Part shown: positions 1 to 9,151 of the stretch, piece after piece
Layout of the letters: the number at the start of each line of letters is the position of its first letter
Position numbering within the stretch: position 1 is the stretch's first letter
Origin: Candidatus Parcubacteria bacterium
GTDB taxonomy: Bacteria; Patescibacteriota; Minisyncoccia; Phycocordibacterales; Phycocordibacteraceae
DNA length: 31,713 nt
Direction of reading: 5' to 3'
NCBI GenBank assembly: GCA_027310925.1
Contig: DAICZX010000028.1
Location: forward strand, 1 to 31,713
The notes under the pieces: model-generated
What the model saw: only the letters and a program-made list of their open reading frames with translations
The model's database searches: none
Told to the model about the DNA's origin: nothing
Translations under genes and position numbers: made by a program

Positions 1-22
1 ATTACAAATAACTAAATGATAT

Positions 23-439
23 ATGAGCATGAATAAAACTGTAGGTACCGCGATCATAGCGCTTGTTATTGGAGTTGGAGTAGGCTATGTTGGCGCATCC
101 ATACTTCATCCAGCAGCTTTAGTCCAACAATCCGCACCGGGAGGTTTTGTTAATGGAGTTCGTGGAAGTGGCGCGATCGGTACGCGTGGTGGAACAGCTG
201 GTGGCTTTCTCTCCGGCACCGTTGCTGTTAAGAATTCCGAAAGTATTACCGTCAACACGAATGATGGAAACTCGCACGTTGTTCTCGTAACTCCTACAAC
301 GAACATATCAAAGAGCGTGAGTGGTTCGATGAACGATATTTCCATTGGCTCAACGGTCATAGTCTCCGGCACAACTAATAGCGATGGCAGTATTTTAGCG
401 AAACTTGTACAGATACGTCCTGCCGGCACTGCACAATAA
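23..439 (+). CDS. Membrane-anchored hypothetical protein, possible DUF5666-like beta domain
   Basis: 138-aa ORF with an N-terminal hydrophobic helix, a Gly-rich linker and a beta-rich C-terminus ending GSILAKLVQI. Followed by a hairpin terminator. Confidence 0.6.
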   Translation: MSMNKTVGTAIIALVIGVGVGYVGASILHPAALVQQSAPGGFVNGVRGSGAIGTRGGTAGGFLSGTVAVKNSESITVNTNDGNSHVVLVTPTTNISKSVSGSMNDISIGSTVIVSGTTNSDGSILAKLVQIRPAGTAQ

Positions 440-448
440 CGTCCTTAC

Positions 449-481
449 AAAGAAACCGCGGTACCCCACCGCGGTTTCTTT
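449..481. terminator. Bidirectional intrinsic terminator
   Basis: Perfect 14-bp inverted repeat AAAGAAACCGCGGT / ACCGCGGTTTCTTT with a 5-nt loop, between convergent genes. Confidence 0.85.
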
Positions 482-493
482 AAAGTGTTTTCT

Positions 494-766
494 TTAACTG
501 ATATCTCTCTTCTTTTCTTCGAACTCCTCTCTGCTGATCTCCCCCTTTACATAACGTTCTTTGAGAAGATCGATTGCCGAATGTCCGCCATGCGGATGGT
601 GCCGCAACATCTTTCCGCCACGCATCCATCGAATTGCCATCACGATAACTGCAATTAGTATAACTACCCAAAAAACTTGGAAAAGCACATGCAACCACCA
701 AAAGGTATCATATCCATACCCCATCATCGGATATCCGTAATCGTATCCAATCATAATTATCAGCAT
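494..766 (-). CDS. SHOCT-domain membrane protein
   Basis: YGYPMMG-type N-terminus, one TM helix, C-terminal AIDLLKERYVKGEISREEFEEKK (SHOCT pattern). Confidence 0.8.
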   Translation of the reverse strand: MLIIMIGYDYGYPMMGYGYDTFWWLHVLFQVFWVVILIAVIVMAIRWMRGGKMLRHHPHGGHSAIDLLKERYVKGEISREEFEEKKRDIS

Positions 767-836
767 TAGGCTTATAATCTACACAGATAGATTCTATCAT
801 GTCTACAAAAAGTTGGTGATGATATTCCAGAACCAC

Positions 837-1319
837 TCAATTCCCTGCCTTGCTTCCAAGGCAACTATTTTTAATCTGCTCAAGCACATTTATAAATGAA
901 AGAAATTCAGTCTCTGACAAGGTTGAGAATAATTCACTTAAAATCCGTACCCCGTGCACAATAGCCTTCTCGAGTTCAATCTTTCCTTTTTTGGTAAGCA
1001 TGAGCCGTAACGCACGCCGATCACGTCGGTCGATACAGCTCGTCACGAACCCATCCTTCACAAGCTCACCAATGAGCGAGGTTGCCGAGGGGGCGGTAAT
1101 TGAGAGGTAATTGGCAATGTCTTTCATTTTAGGTTTTTCCTGTTCTAATATAAACTTCATGGTTTCAATTCTAAGCCATGTTGACGGGTCAAATTTCTCG
1201 TCCCTAGCAAGCTTTGTGCGCATAATTCTGCGTACGGTGGAGAAAAGCGACATCGCGCGCGCGATGTCGTGAGAAGAATGCACCTGTCCCGGCGAGACAA
1301 TTCTCTTCATAAGAGACAT
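837..1319 (-). CDS. MarR-family transcriptional regulator
   Basis: DIANYLSITAPSATSLIGELVKDGFV..DRRDRR winged-HTH signature. Confidence 0.9.
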   Translation of the reverse strand: MSLMKRIVSPGQVHSSHDIARAMSLFSTVRRIMRTKLARDEKFDPSTWLRIETMKFILEQEKPKMKDIANYLSITAPSATSLIGELVKDGFVTSCIDRRDRRALRLMLTKKGKIELEKAIVHGVRILSELFSTLSETEFLSFINVLEQIKNSCLGSKAGN

Positions 1320-2845
1320 TATCCACCAGCTTGAGCCTCAGCAAGCACTTCTGGTGGAATATCCGCCCCACTCATTGTCGTCCGCAGAAAGAAAAGGGAG
1401 ATGAGACCGCCGATAAGCATTGCCGCCGCCGCATATCCAAACACGACTCCGTAAGAAAGAACTTCGGCTTTCAATATTATGAGTTGCGCAGCTAGAGCCT
1501 GAATGGCTGGTGTAACGCCGAGAACATGTGAATTTTGTGCCACCATGAGAACATTAGCATTGGTCGTATTGGCGAGGATGGTACTGAAAATAGCGATACC
1601 GAATGCGCCGCCAATATTACGCATTAGATTCAACAGCCCAGAAGACATACCTACTTCATTGAGCGGCACTGCTGTCGTGGCGGCATTTGTAAGTGGTGCC
1701 ATACCGAGCCCGAGACCGGCACCAAAAAGGGTGAGTGGCATAATGAAATCAAACGATGTCATCGCGGGGTCAAGATGAACAAGTTGATAGAGACCGAGTG
1801 CGCCAAGTGCCATGCCAAAGGAAACTGTATAACGCGGATTGAACGAGTTCGCGAGCCAGGCACCAAGCGGCGCAAAGATTGGAAGAGCAAGCGCCATTGG
1901 CACGAACAGGTAACCGCTTTGTGTCGCCGTATAGTGAAGGAATGTTTGTGCAAAAATTGGCAAAAGAAGCATCGCACCCATCATACCCCCAAAAGAGATG
2001 AACGAGACTATCAACACCGAAACAATAACTGGGTTACGGAAGAATTTGAAGTCGATAATTGGGTGCGTATGGCGCGTCTCCCACCAATAAACGAGCATAC
2101 CAAACACTATGGTGCCAACATAACAAAGATTACTCGCGAGTGAGAGCCAACCCCAATCCTGTCCACGATCGACGACAAGCACCATGCTTGAGATTGCCCC
2201 TGAGAGAAGGATCGCGCCGAGCCAGTCGAAGGCGCCTCGTTCCCCGGGCCGATCGTGCGGCAGAAAGAAAATCGTCATGATGAGGCCGGCTACACCGATC
2301 GGCAGGTTTATGAAGAAAATCCAGCGCCATGAAAAGTTGTCAACGAGATACCCACCGAGCAGCGGGCCGATGACAGCCGATATCGCAAATGATGAAGACC
2401 AGATGCCGAGCGCCTGCGCACGAGCTTTTGTATCAGAAAATGATTTCGCGATAAGCGACATGGCAGTAGGATAGACGGCAGCACCAACAAGTCCCTGCAA
2501 TATACGAAAGAATACGAGCGAACTGAAATTCCATGAAAGTCCTGCGAGCACAGAAACTCCGATAAATCCGACGAAACTCCAGAGATAAATGACACGGTTA
2601 CCGAACAAGTCGCCGAGCTTCCCAAAAACTGGTACGAAAATGGCGTTACTAATTATATACGCAGTTGCAATCCATGCGGCAGTACTGACCGAAATACTAA
2701 AGTCGCTAATTATTTTTGGCAAAGCGAGATTCACGACCGTGCGGTCAAGACCAATAAGCAGTGTGCCCACCATCACGGTGGTCAACACGAGCCAAGGGTG
2801 ACCCGTGAGTCGATGGGCTTGCTTTCGCTCATTAATGCCCGCCAT
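1319..2845 (-). CDS. DHA2-family MFS efflux pump (EmrB/QacA-like)
   Basis: 508 aa with about 14 TM segments; LDRTVVNLALP, GKLGDLFGNR (motif A) and WRWIFFINLPIG motifs. Confidence 0.92.
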   Translation of the reverse strand: MAGINERKQAHRLTGHPWLVLTTVMVGTLLIGLDRTVVNLALPKIISDFSISVSTAAWIATAYIISNAIFVPVFGKLGDLFGNRVIYLWSFVGFIGVSVLAGLSWNFSSLVFFRILQGLVGAAVYPTAMSLIAKSFSDTKARAQALGIWSSSFAISAVIGPLLGGYLVDNFSWRWIFFINLPIGVAGLIMTIFFLPHDRPGERGAFDWLGAILLSGAISSMVLVVDRGQDWGWLSLASNLCYVGTIVFGMLVYWWETRHTHPIIDFKFFRNPVIVSVLIVSFISFGGMMGAMLLLPIFAQTFLHYTATQSGYLFVPMALALPIFAPLGAWLANSFNPRYTVSFGMALGALGLYQLVHLDPAMTSFDFIMPLTLFGAGLGLGMAPLTNAATTAVPLNEVGMSSGLLNLMRNIGGAFGIAIFSTILANTTNANVLMVAQNSHVLGVTPAIQALAAQLIILKAEVLSYGVVFGYAAAAMLIGGLISLFFLRTTMSGADIPPEVLAEAQAGG

Positions 2846-2851
2846 AGCCCC

Positions 2852-3487
2852 CTACTTCGTGTAAATCCACATGCGAGCAGACATTCCATTCTTGAGTTGC
2901 GGATACGTGTTCGTGTCAAAACGCGCCTTGACATCAAATTGCTGAGTTTCGCGTTGACTTGAGATATCGAAAACGATACCGGACTGGTTCGATGTCGGAG
3001 CAATTTCGTCAACGACGCCGGTAAAAGATTCTCCGCAAAAAGCGTCAACAGTAAACGTGACAGGATCTCCGACTTGTATCTGCGCAAGACCCTTGTTCTC
3101 ATCAATCCTACCCACGACTCGCAACTGCGATGGGTCAATCATTTCCACAACCACCTGCCCCGGTGCTATTTGCGCCCCGATAGTGTCATTGACTTGCACG
3201 ATGAGCCCGGCAGTTTTTGTCTTTATCACTTCCGTGCCAACAAGCGCTACGAGAGCATTTGCGGGAAGCACATCTCCCTCGTTCACATAGATAGCATTCA
3301 AACGCCCAGATTCCGTGGGAGAAAGATCGATGATTGGTGCTGATATGGAAGCTGTATCGATGGCAACTTCCCTGCTTGTGGAGATGGTATACGAGACAAT
3401 ACCTGCGGCAACAAGAATAATAAGTCCCGTACCACCGAAAACAATGAGGCGACGGCGCAGTTCGTGTGAAAATATGGCGGTTGGCAT
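2852..3487 (-). CDS. HlyD/EmrA-like membrane fusion protein (short form)
   Basis: N-terminal TM, lipoyl-like SGRLNAIYVNEGD, beta-barrel IQVGDPVTFTVDAF...LKNGMSA. Confidence 0.8.
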   Translation of the reverse strand: MPTAIFSHELRRRLIVFGGTGLIILVAAGIVSYTISTSREVAIDTASISAPIIDLSPTESGRLNAIYVNEGDVLPANALVALVGTEVIKTKTAGLIVQVNDTIGAQIAPGQVVVEMIDPSQLRVVGRIDENKGLAQIQVGDPVTFTVDAFCGESFTGVVDEIAPTSNQSGIVFDISSQRETQQFDVKARFDTNTYPQLKNGMSARMWIYTK

Positions 3488-3501
3488 ATGTATATCGTTT
3501 A

Positions 3502-5037
3502 CTAGGTAGCCTGCGTACCGAATGTAAGCACTGAGTCTCCGGCGGAAAGTCCGGAAACAATCTCGGCCATTCCACTTGCACTTTCGATACCAGTGGTCAC
3601 CGGCATGCTGAGAACACCTTTTGCACTTTTTACATACACGAATTCCTGGCTACCATTCGTTATGATGGCACTCGTGGGCACGAGAAGCGCGGCACTCTTG
3701 ATTGCGGTAATGATGCGTAGATTCGCCGAGAGCCCTGGCTTCAAGCGCTCATCATTATTGAGGAAAGTTATCGTGATGCCATAAGAAGCAATACCCTCCG
3801 TGTTCACGTCCGCGGCGGGATCGACTGTTGTGACGGTAGCCGCGAAAGTCGCTCCTGGATACGCGGCGACCGTCACTTCGACCGCATCGTTCATTTTCAC
3901 CTTCGCAATATCAGCTTCCGAAACTTGCGCAGAGGCCTCATACTTCCCGTCCGCAATCATTGATACAAGCGGGACACCGGGCACAACAGTCTCACCGAGA
4001 TTTGCGTTCTGCACGGTGATAGTGCCCGAGATCGGCGCCATGATAACCGTCTGTGAGGCCGACGCTTGTGCCGCAGCGACCGAAGCCTGCGCAGCGTCAA
4101 CGGCCGCCTTCTGCGCGTTGATATCATTCTCAGTCGCTCCCGCGCTCGCGAGCATAAGTGCGCCGGCTGCCATTTTGTACGCGGTATCGGCGGCGATAAG
4201 AGCAGAGAGCGATCCTGAAACATTCAAACGTCCGACATTCACACTCGTCTGGTAGCCGACAATCGTCGTCGCCGAGACGGGACCGCTCGGCTCTGCCTCC
4301 GTGAGAGCCGTCGTGAGATCATCGAGAAAAGTCATGACGTTTTTCAAATTCGCCTCAGAAGGGGCGATTGAATCTTCTGGATTACTCGTGGACGCTAACA
4401 TGTTTTGCCAGGAGGAGAACATCGGTTCAAGCTCGACACGCTTGGCCTGCACTTGGTTCACGAGTGTCGCGTCGGGCACGAGGATCGCTAGCTGTGCGCT
4501 CGTGGTTCTCGGGTTAATGAACACCTGATCAGCTTTCGCATGCACGGCATCATCCGCATTCGTATACGCTGAAGAGAGTGCACTCGTGAGCGCGTTCTCG
4601 GCCTGGACGACGGCCGTCTGATCTATCGCGAGCTGCTCGGGACGTGTGCCTGCGACAAGTGCGGCGAGCTTCGCCTGTTGCGCTTCAAGGTTCGCTTTCG
4701 CAAGTGCGACAGCGGCCACCTGACTCGAATTATCAAGCTTAATAAGCGTCTGTCCCGCCCTGACGTGATCACCAACATGAACCTGTATCGACGCGACACG
4801 GCCGGAAGTCTGAAAGGCAAGATCGGTGCTCTGTGCCGCCTTCACGATACCCGAAACGTCCACTTCTTCGGTAATCGAGCCGATCCTCGCAGGCACGAAG
4901 CTTCCAGACGGAGAAACTGTTGTGGTAAACCACGCAAATCCGACGATCAATACGCCAATGGCAAGGGATCCTCCGAGTGCAACCACGGGCTTTGAGAGAA
5001 CGGTGAGGATAGAAATGAATCGTGTGCGCATGCGCAT
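3502..5037 (-). CDS. Efflux periplasmic adaptor subunit (RND/MacA-like, long coiled coil)
   Basis: LAFQTSGRVASIQVHVGDHV, long Ala-rich coiled coil, APISGTI, LKPGLSANLRI, EIVSGLSAGD. Confidence 0.85.
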   Translation of the reverse strand: MRMRTRFISILTVLSKPVVALGGSLAIGVLIVGFAWFTTTVSPSGSFVPARIGSITEEVDVSGIVKAAQSTDLAFQTSGRVASIQVHVGDHVRAGQTLIKLDNSSQVAAVALAKANLEAQQAKLAALVAGTRPEQLAIDQTAVVQAENALTSALSSAYTNADDAVHAKADQVFINPRTTSAQLAILVPDATLVNQVQAKRVELEPMFSSWQNMLASTSNPEDSIAPSEANLKNVMTFLDDLTTALTEAEPSGPVSATTIVGYQTSVNVGRLNVSGSLSALIAADTAYKMAAGALMLASAGATENDINAQKAAVDAAQASVAAAQASASQTVIMAPISGTITVQNANLGETVVPGVPLVSMIADGKYEASAQVSEADIAKVKMNDAVEVTVAAYPGATFAATVTTVDPAADVNTEGIASYGITITFLNNDERLKPGLSANLRIITAIKSAALLVPTSAIITNGSQEFVYVKSAKGVLSMPVTTGIESASGMAEIVSGLSAGDSVLTFGTQAT

Positions 5038-5122
5038 CTTAAATTACTTAGGTAATTGAAGTATATCAGACTTCATTTTTCTCCGCAATAATGGTACTTT
5101 TTATATAAAGTAGCAGGACGAT

Positions 5123-5830
5123 ATGATCATCCTTATATCAATCGCAGCGTTCTTCTCCACCCTCATCGGCGGACTCTTCGCGCTCTATCTAAAAGATAAG
5201 TTGCCCCTGATTCTCGGGTTCAGCGCGGGAGCGATTCTCGCCGTCGCCTTCTTCGATCTCCTACCCGAAGCGCTCAACCTAGCCGGCAAATTGCACTCGA
5301 CGACAACGGTCCTCGCGGCGATGGCGATCGGATTCATGACATATCTCGTACTCGACCGATCTGTACTCCTGCACAACCATGCGGAAAGCGGGGGTCATCG
5401 CGCTAATGTCGGCGCAGGTAGCCTTTCGTTCCACAGTTTCCTCGATGGTGTCGGCATTGGTCTCGCGTTCCAGGTCTCGACTAGCGTGGGGATCGTGGTA
5501 GCGGCAGCGGTACTCACCCACGATTTCTCCGATGGCATCAACACTGTGAATCTCGTGCTCCGGAATAATGCCGATCGGGCGAAGGCGTTCCGGTGGTTAC
5601 TCGTCGACGCTATAGCTCCCGTCATAGGTGTGCTCTCGACGTTATTTTTCGTCCTACCAGAAGATACGCTCGGTCTTTTACTCGCGCTCTTCTCTGGCTT
5701 CTTCATTTATATCGGTGCGAGCGATCTAATACCGGAAAGTTACCACGCGCACCCCGTGCGTTGGACTACCGTGATGACCGTCACGGGTATGTGCGTGCTC
5801 TACGTGGTCATAAAGCTCGCGAGCATATAA
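5123..5830 (+). CDS. ZIP-family divalent metal transporter
   Basis: Multi-TM protein with HSFLDG and HDFSDG metal-site motifs, FIYIGASDLIPE and a His-containing loop. Confidence 0.85.
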   Translation: MIILISIAAFFSTLIGGLFALYLKDKLPLILGFSAGAILAVAFFDLLPEALNLAGKLHSTTTVLAAMAIGFMTYLVLDRSVLLHNHAESGGHRANVGAGSLSFHSFLDGVGIGLAFQVSTSVGIVVAAAVLTHDFSDGINTVNLVLRNNADRAKAFRWLLVDAIAPVIGVLSTLFFVLPEDTLGLLLALFSGFFIYIGASDLIPESYHAHPVRWTTVMTVTGMCVLYVVIKLASI

Positions 5831-5888
5831 ATACGGGAGGTTCGGCGTTCCTCATGAAACCACTCTTAATAAAGAGAGATTCTTTGTC

Positions 5889-7043
5889 TTAATTCGGAAA
5901 CGAGTGCGAATGCGAGTGCTCCCCTGTTCCTGGGGGAAAATTGCTCCCGCGCAAGACCCAGATGGAAAGAAGTGTCGTGATGGGCACGGCGAGAACGAGG
6001 CCGATACTCCCAACCATCATACGGATGATTTCAGTTGCGAAAATTTCTTGGTTAATTGTTACCGCAAGAGACATATTGGTGAAATGCAAGAGGAGCAAAA
6101 GTGGGAGAGAGACACCAACATACGCAATGGCAAGAGTATTTACCAAAGCGCCTATGTGTTCACGCCCGATACGTTCGGCACGTTTGTAAAGTTGCCATGG
6201 TGTGTAATGTGATGCCGCGCGTTTCAATTCTTCAACAGCTACCGCTTGCCCAATGGCTGCGTCATAAAGGATGCCGAGTAATCCAATCATGATGCCGCCG
6301 AGCAAAAGACCGACAAAGTCTATACTCCCGTTCGTGGCAAAATGGAGATATGTGACTTCTTCCGAACTGTAGCCGGAGAGCATTGCGGCATGCACGGACC
6401 AGTACGCAACCGCTCCCGTGATACAGATGGTCACGATCATGCCGAGCACAGCGGCGGTTGTCGTACGACTAAACCCATGCGTGATATACGAGCCAATAAT
6501 AACGATAAATGATGAGATACCGATTGAAAGCAGAATCGGCGAGTACCCGGCAAGAATACCCGGTAGAAGAACCCAGATGATAGCCGCAAGACTTGCGATG
6601 AGTGAAATGAGTCCACGAATGCCTTGCTTGCCCCCGAAGATGATGATGGTGAGCACGAGAATTCCGCCAAGTATTTCAAGTACCGGGAGTCTGTATGGCT
6701 CCTGCACATTCCAGGTCCCGTTTATCGCACCTCCACTGGAGTGGTCTGCATAGAACTCATCGCCTGGTTTTAGGTTGAGATAGTCATTGTGAACCGTTAC
6801 AGTCATACCCTTTCCCGGACCCTCAAGAATCTCAGCTTGGAGTGTTTGCACCGTCTCACTCGTGTTAGTACCCGGAACGTTCTGGATTGTCTGCGATGTT
6901 ATCTGGAGCACCTTTGCAAGCTCAATATCGTTTGCCCCTTGGTTTTGAGATTGGGCATGGGCCGTGTAAAAGGGTGTACAGAAAAACATGACGGTAAACA
7001 TAGCCCAGAAAACCTTAGCCTGAGAAAATCGCCTATTAGTCAT
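5889..7043 (-). CDS. YibE/F-family membrane protein
   Basis: GILYDAAIGQA and HIGALVNTLAIAYVG motifs. Start moved to ATG 7043 because a TATACT box lies at 7055-7060. C-terminal HSHSHS tail. Confidence 0.85.
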   Translation of the reverse strand: MTNRRFSQAKVFWAMFTVMFFCTPFYTAHAQSQNQGANDIELAKVLQITSQTIQNVPGTNTSETVQTLQAEILEGPGKGMTVTVHNDYLNLKPGDEFYADHSSGGAINGTWNVQEPYRLPVLEILGGILVLTIIIFGGKQGIRGLISLIASLAAIIWVLLPGILAGYSPILLSIGISSFIVIIGSYITHGFSRTTTAAVLGMIVTICITGAVAYWSVHAAMLSGYSSEEVTYLHFATNGSIDFVGLLLGGIMIGLLGILYDAAIGQAVAVEELKRAASHYTPWQLYKRAERIGREHIGALVNTLAIAYVGVSLPLLLLLHFTNMSLAVTINQEIFATEIIRMMVGSIGLVLAVPITTLLSIWVLRGSNFPPGTGEHSHSHSFPN

Positions 7044-7120
7044 GAGACCCCAAAAGTATACTTGTTTAATGTTGGTATTTCTATGCCCTATACAGAACGT
7101 GCGAATAGATGATAATGAAA

Positions 7121-8165
7121 ATTCCTCTTTGAAATGCAACTGCCGTAACATACGGTGGTATGAAAAAGCGCAAAGAATTCAGGTATTTAACCGAACATGA
7201 CCGAGATCGCATCCAGGCCCTGTATGTCTGGGGACACAAGCAAAAAGAGATAGCCGAGGTGCTCGGAGTGAGCCCCGGCACCATCTCCCGAGAGTTGCAG
7301 CGGTACGACAAGAAGACCTGGCGATACTCTGCCAAACGAGCGTAGAAAGATGCTCAAGACAAACGAGAGCAGAGCAAACTCCCGGGCATGAAGATCGAAG
7401 CACTCCCTGAACTGAAGAAACATATCATTCAGGAGCTCGAACGATTGCGCTCACCAGATGAAATAGCCGGACGAATGAAGAAAGAAAAGATGACGCCTCG
7501 CATCGGCAAGAACGCCATATACGAATGGCTGTACAGCGAGTGAGGAAAACCATACTGCTGATACTTGTGCACGAGACGAATCAAGAAACGAAGCCCAAGA
7601 AGACTCGGGAAGAAAATACTCATACCTGACCGAATATCGCTCAGATACAGACCGGATGAGCCAGGTATGGTGCATGCCGAGGGCGATCTCTTTGTCACAC
7701 CAACCAAGCTAGGAGTGAAGACCTGCGGTCTTCTGGTGGTCGTGCCTGAAACACATCTGCTCTCAGGTTCGATTGTCCCAGACAAGATGACCGCGACAAT
7801 CGTTCCGGCCATGCGGCACATCACCAGCTCGCTTCCGCTCGACACCTGCACGTTCGACAACGGTATAGAGAACATCCACCACAAAGAATTCGGCGTTGAT
7901 TCGTACTTCTGTGACAAGGGGTCGCCCTGGCAGAAGCCTCATGTTGAATCATCCACGGCCTTGCTAGACTCTGGTTCCTGCCGAAAGGCACGGACCTCTC
8001 GAAAATATCGGACACCACGTTCCAATCCATGCTGCATCTGCTGAATCACAAGTATCGAAAATCGAATGGCTATCTGAGTGCGTATGAGCTGTCGCTCGGA
8101 CGAGGTATCATTAAAAGTGTTCCGAGAGTTTCCTTAACAAAGGCGATTGCATTTCGATAGGGAAT
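7121..8165 (+). mobile_element. IS30-family insertion sequence (decayed)
   Basis: Imperfect terminal inverted repeats at 7121-7140 (ATTCCTCTTTGAAATGCAAC) and 8146-8165 (reverse complement ATTCCCTATCGAAATGCAAT), 15/20 match, enclosing a transposase remnant. Confidence 0.8.
7160..8160 (+). pseudogene. IS30-family DDE transposase pseudogene
   Basis: HTH (KQKEIAEVLGVSPGTISRELQR), HAEGD, TFDNGIEN, SPWQKPHVE and LNHKYRK motifs. In-frame stops at TAG 7343, TGA 7541 and TGA 7559, plus a 1-bp frameshift near 7955. Confidence 0.88.
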
Positions 8166-8351
8166 ATACCATAACGCTGGAATTGAACTATTCCAAATTC
8201 GTCGCGTAATCCCTAATTATTTTCTCCCCTAAATTCATCCCAGAATTAGGATCCTGGATTCGGTTCGATTCCGGCATCCATCACTTCTATCCGTAAAACA
8301 AAAGATCTCCCTGTTTTCGCAGAGAGACCCCGTCATTGTTACCACCTGATG

Positions 8352-8681
8352 CTATACGTCGCGATGATTGGCTTTGGAGAACCGTCTCCGACGCGATGCC
8401 TTGCGCGATGATGCCTTCCAGAGGTCATAGCGTGTTATCACACCTTCGATATCTTCCTTAAAGATTTCGATCTTCAGCTTGAACTCCGCTATTGCAGCAA
8501 TGGCACTCCGCACACTTGCATAGCCCTTCGGACATCTGAACAAATTACGTTTCGTGCCATCGGCGCACAATTTACTGCTATGCAGATACTCTTGATTCTG
8601 CTCGCCGACAACCTGCACGAGATACTGATTCGTGACAGGATCATCGTTCACCGCCCACACATACCATATCGTTGTTTGCAT
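8352..8681 (-). CDS. Hypothetical protein (109 aa)
   Basis: ATG at 8681 is preceded by a strong SD (TAAGGAGGT). Basic C-terminus; no family recognised. Confidence 0.7.
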   Translation of the reverse strand: MQTTIWYVWAVNDDPVTNQYLVQVVGEQNQEYLHSSKLCADGTKRNLFRCPKGYASVRSAIAAIAEFKLKIEIFKEDIEGVITRYDLWKASSRKASRRRRFSKANHRDV

Positions 8682-8759
8682 ACATAACCTCCTTATAGAT
8701 GACGGAAAGGATACGATCGATACTGTACCTGTATAGCTGATAAAAAACAACGCCGTGTA

Positions 8760-9151
8760 TTAGTCGGCGTTGTGAAGGAACAACGGTGAAGATTCGGGAA
8801 GAATGAAACTGCTGCTACCACCCTTCCGATGCCGATCGGCATCGAGATCCCAAACCCCCTGCGGAAATACGTGGTCGTTGATATCGAACCTTCGCAATGC
8901 CCATATGACGGACAAAAGACTTGGGGCACGACACTACAATAGCACCCGCTGCACAATCGATTCCCGAGGAACCAGATCGCGTGCGATAGCTCGAGCGCCG
9001 ACCATCCTTCTTCAAGAACAATCTGACACAGGAACGGTCGCAACGCTTTCTCGACATCTTCGTTCAGGGCCTTTCCACAACCACTAATGATGCCCGTAGA
9101 AATTGCGAAACACTGCACGTGCGCGTCGACGGGGAAAGCATCTTCCGGTAT
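8760..9151 (-). pseudogene. C-terminal fragment of an endonuclease III / HhH-GPD-like DNA glycosylase
   Basis: AFPVDAHVQ resembles the PVDTH motif, followed by ELSHAIWFLG and a Cys cluster (LCSGC..C-x5-C). A probable frameshift near 8853 gives ...RRGFWDLDADRHRKGG...* ending at 8760. The 5' part is missing. Confidence 0.55.
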
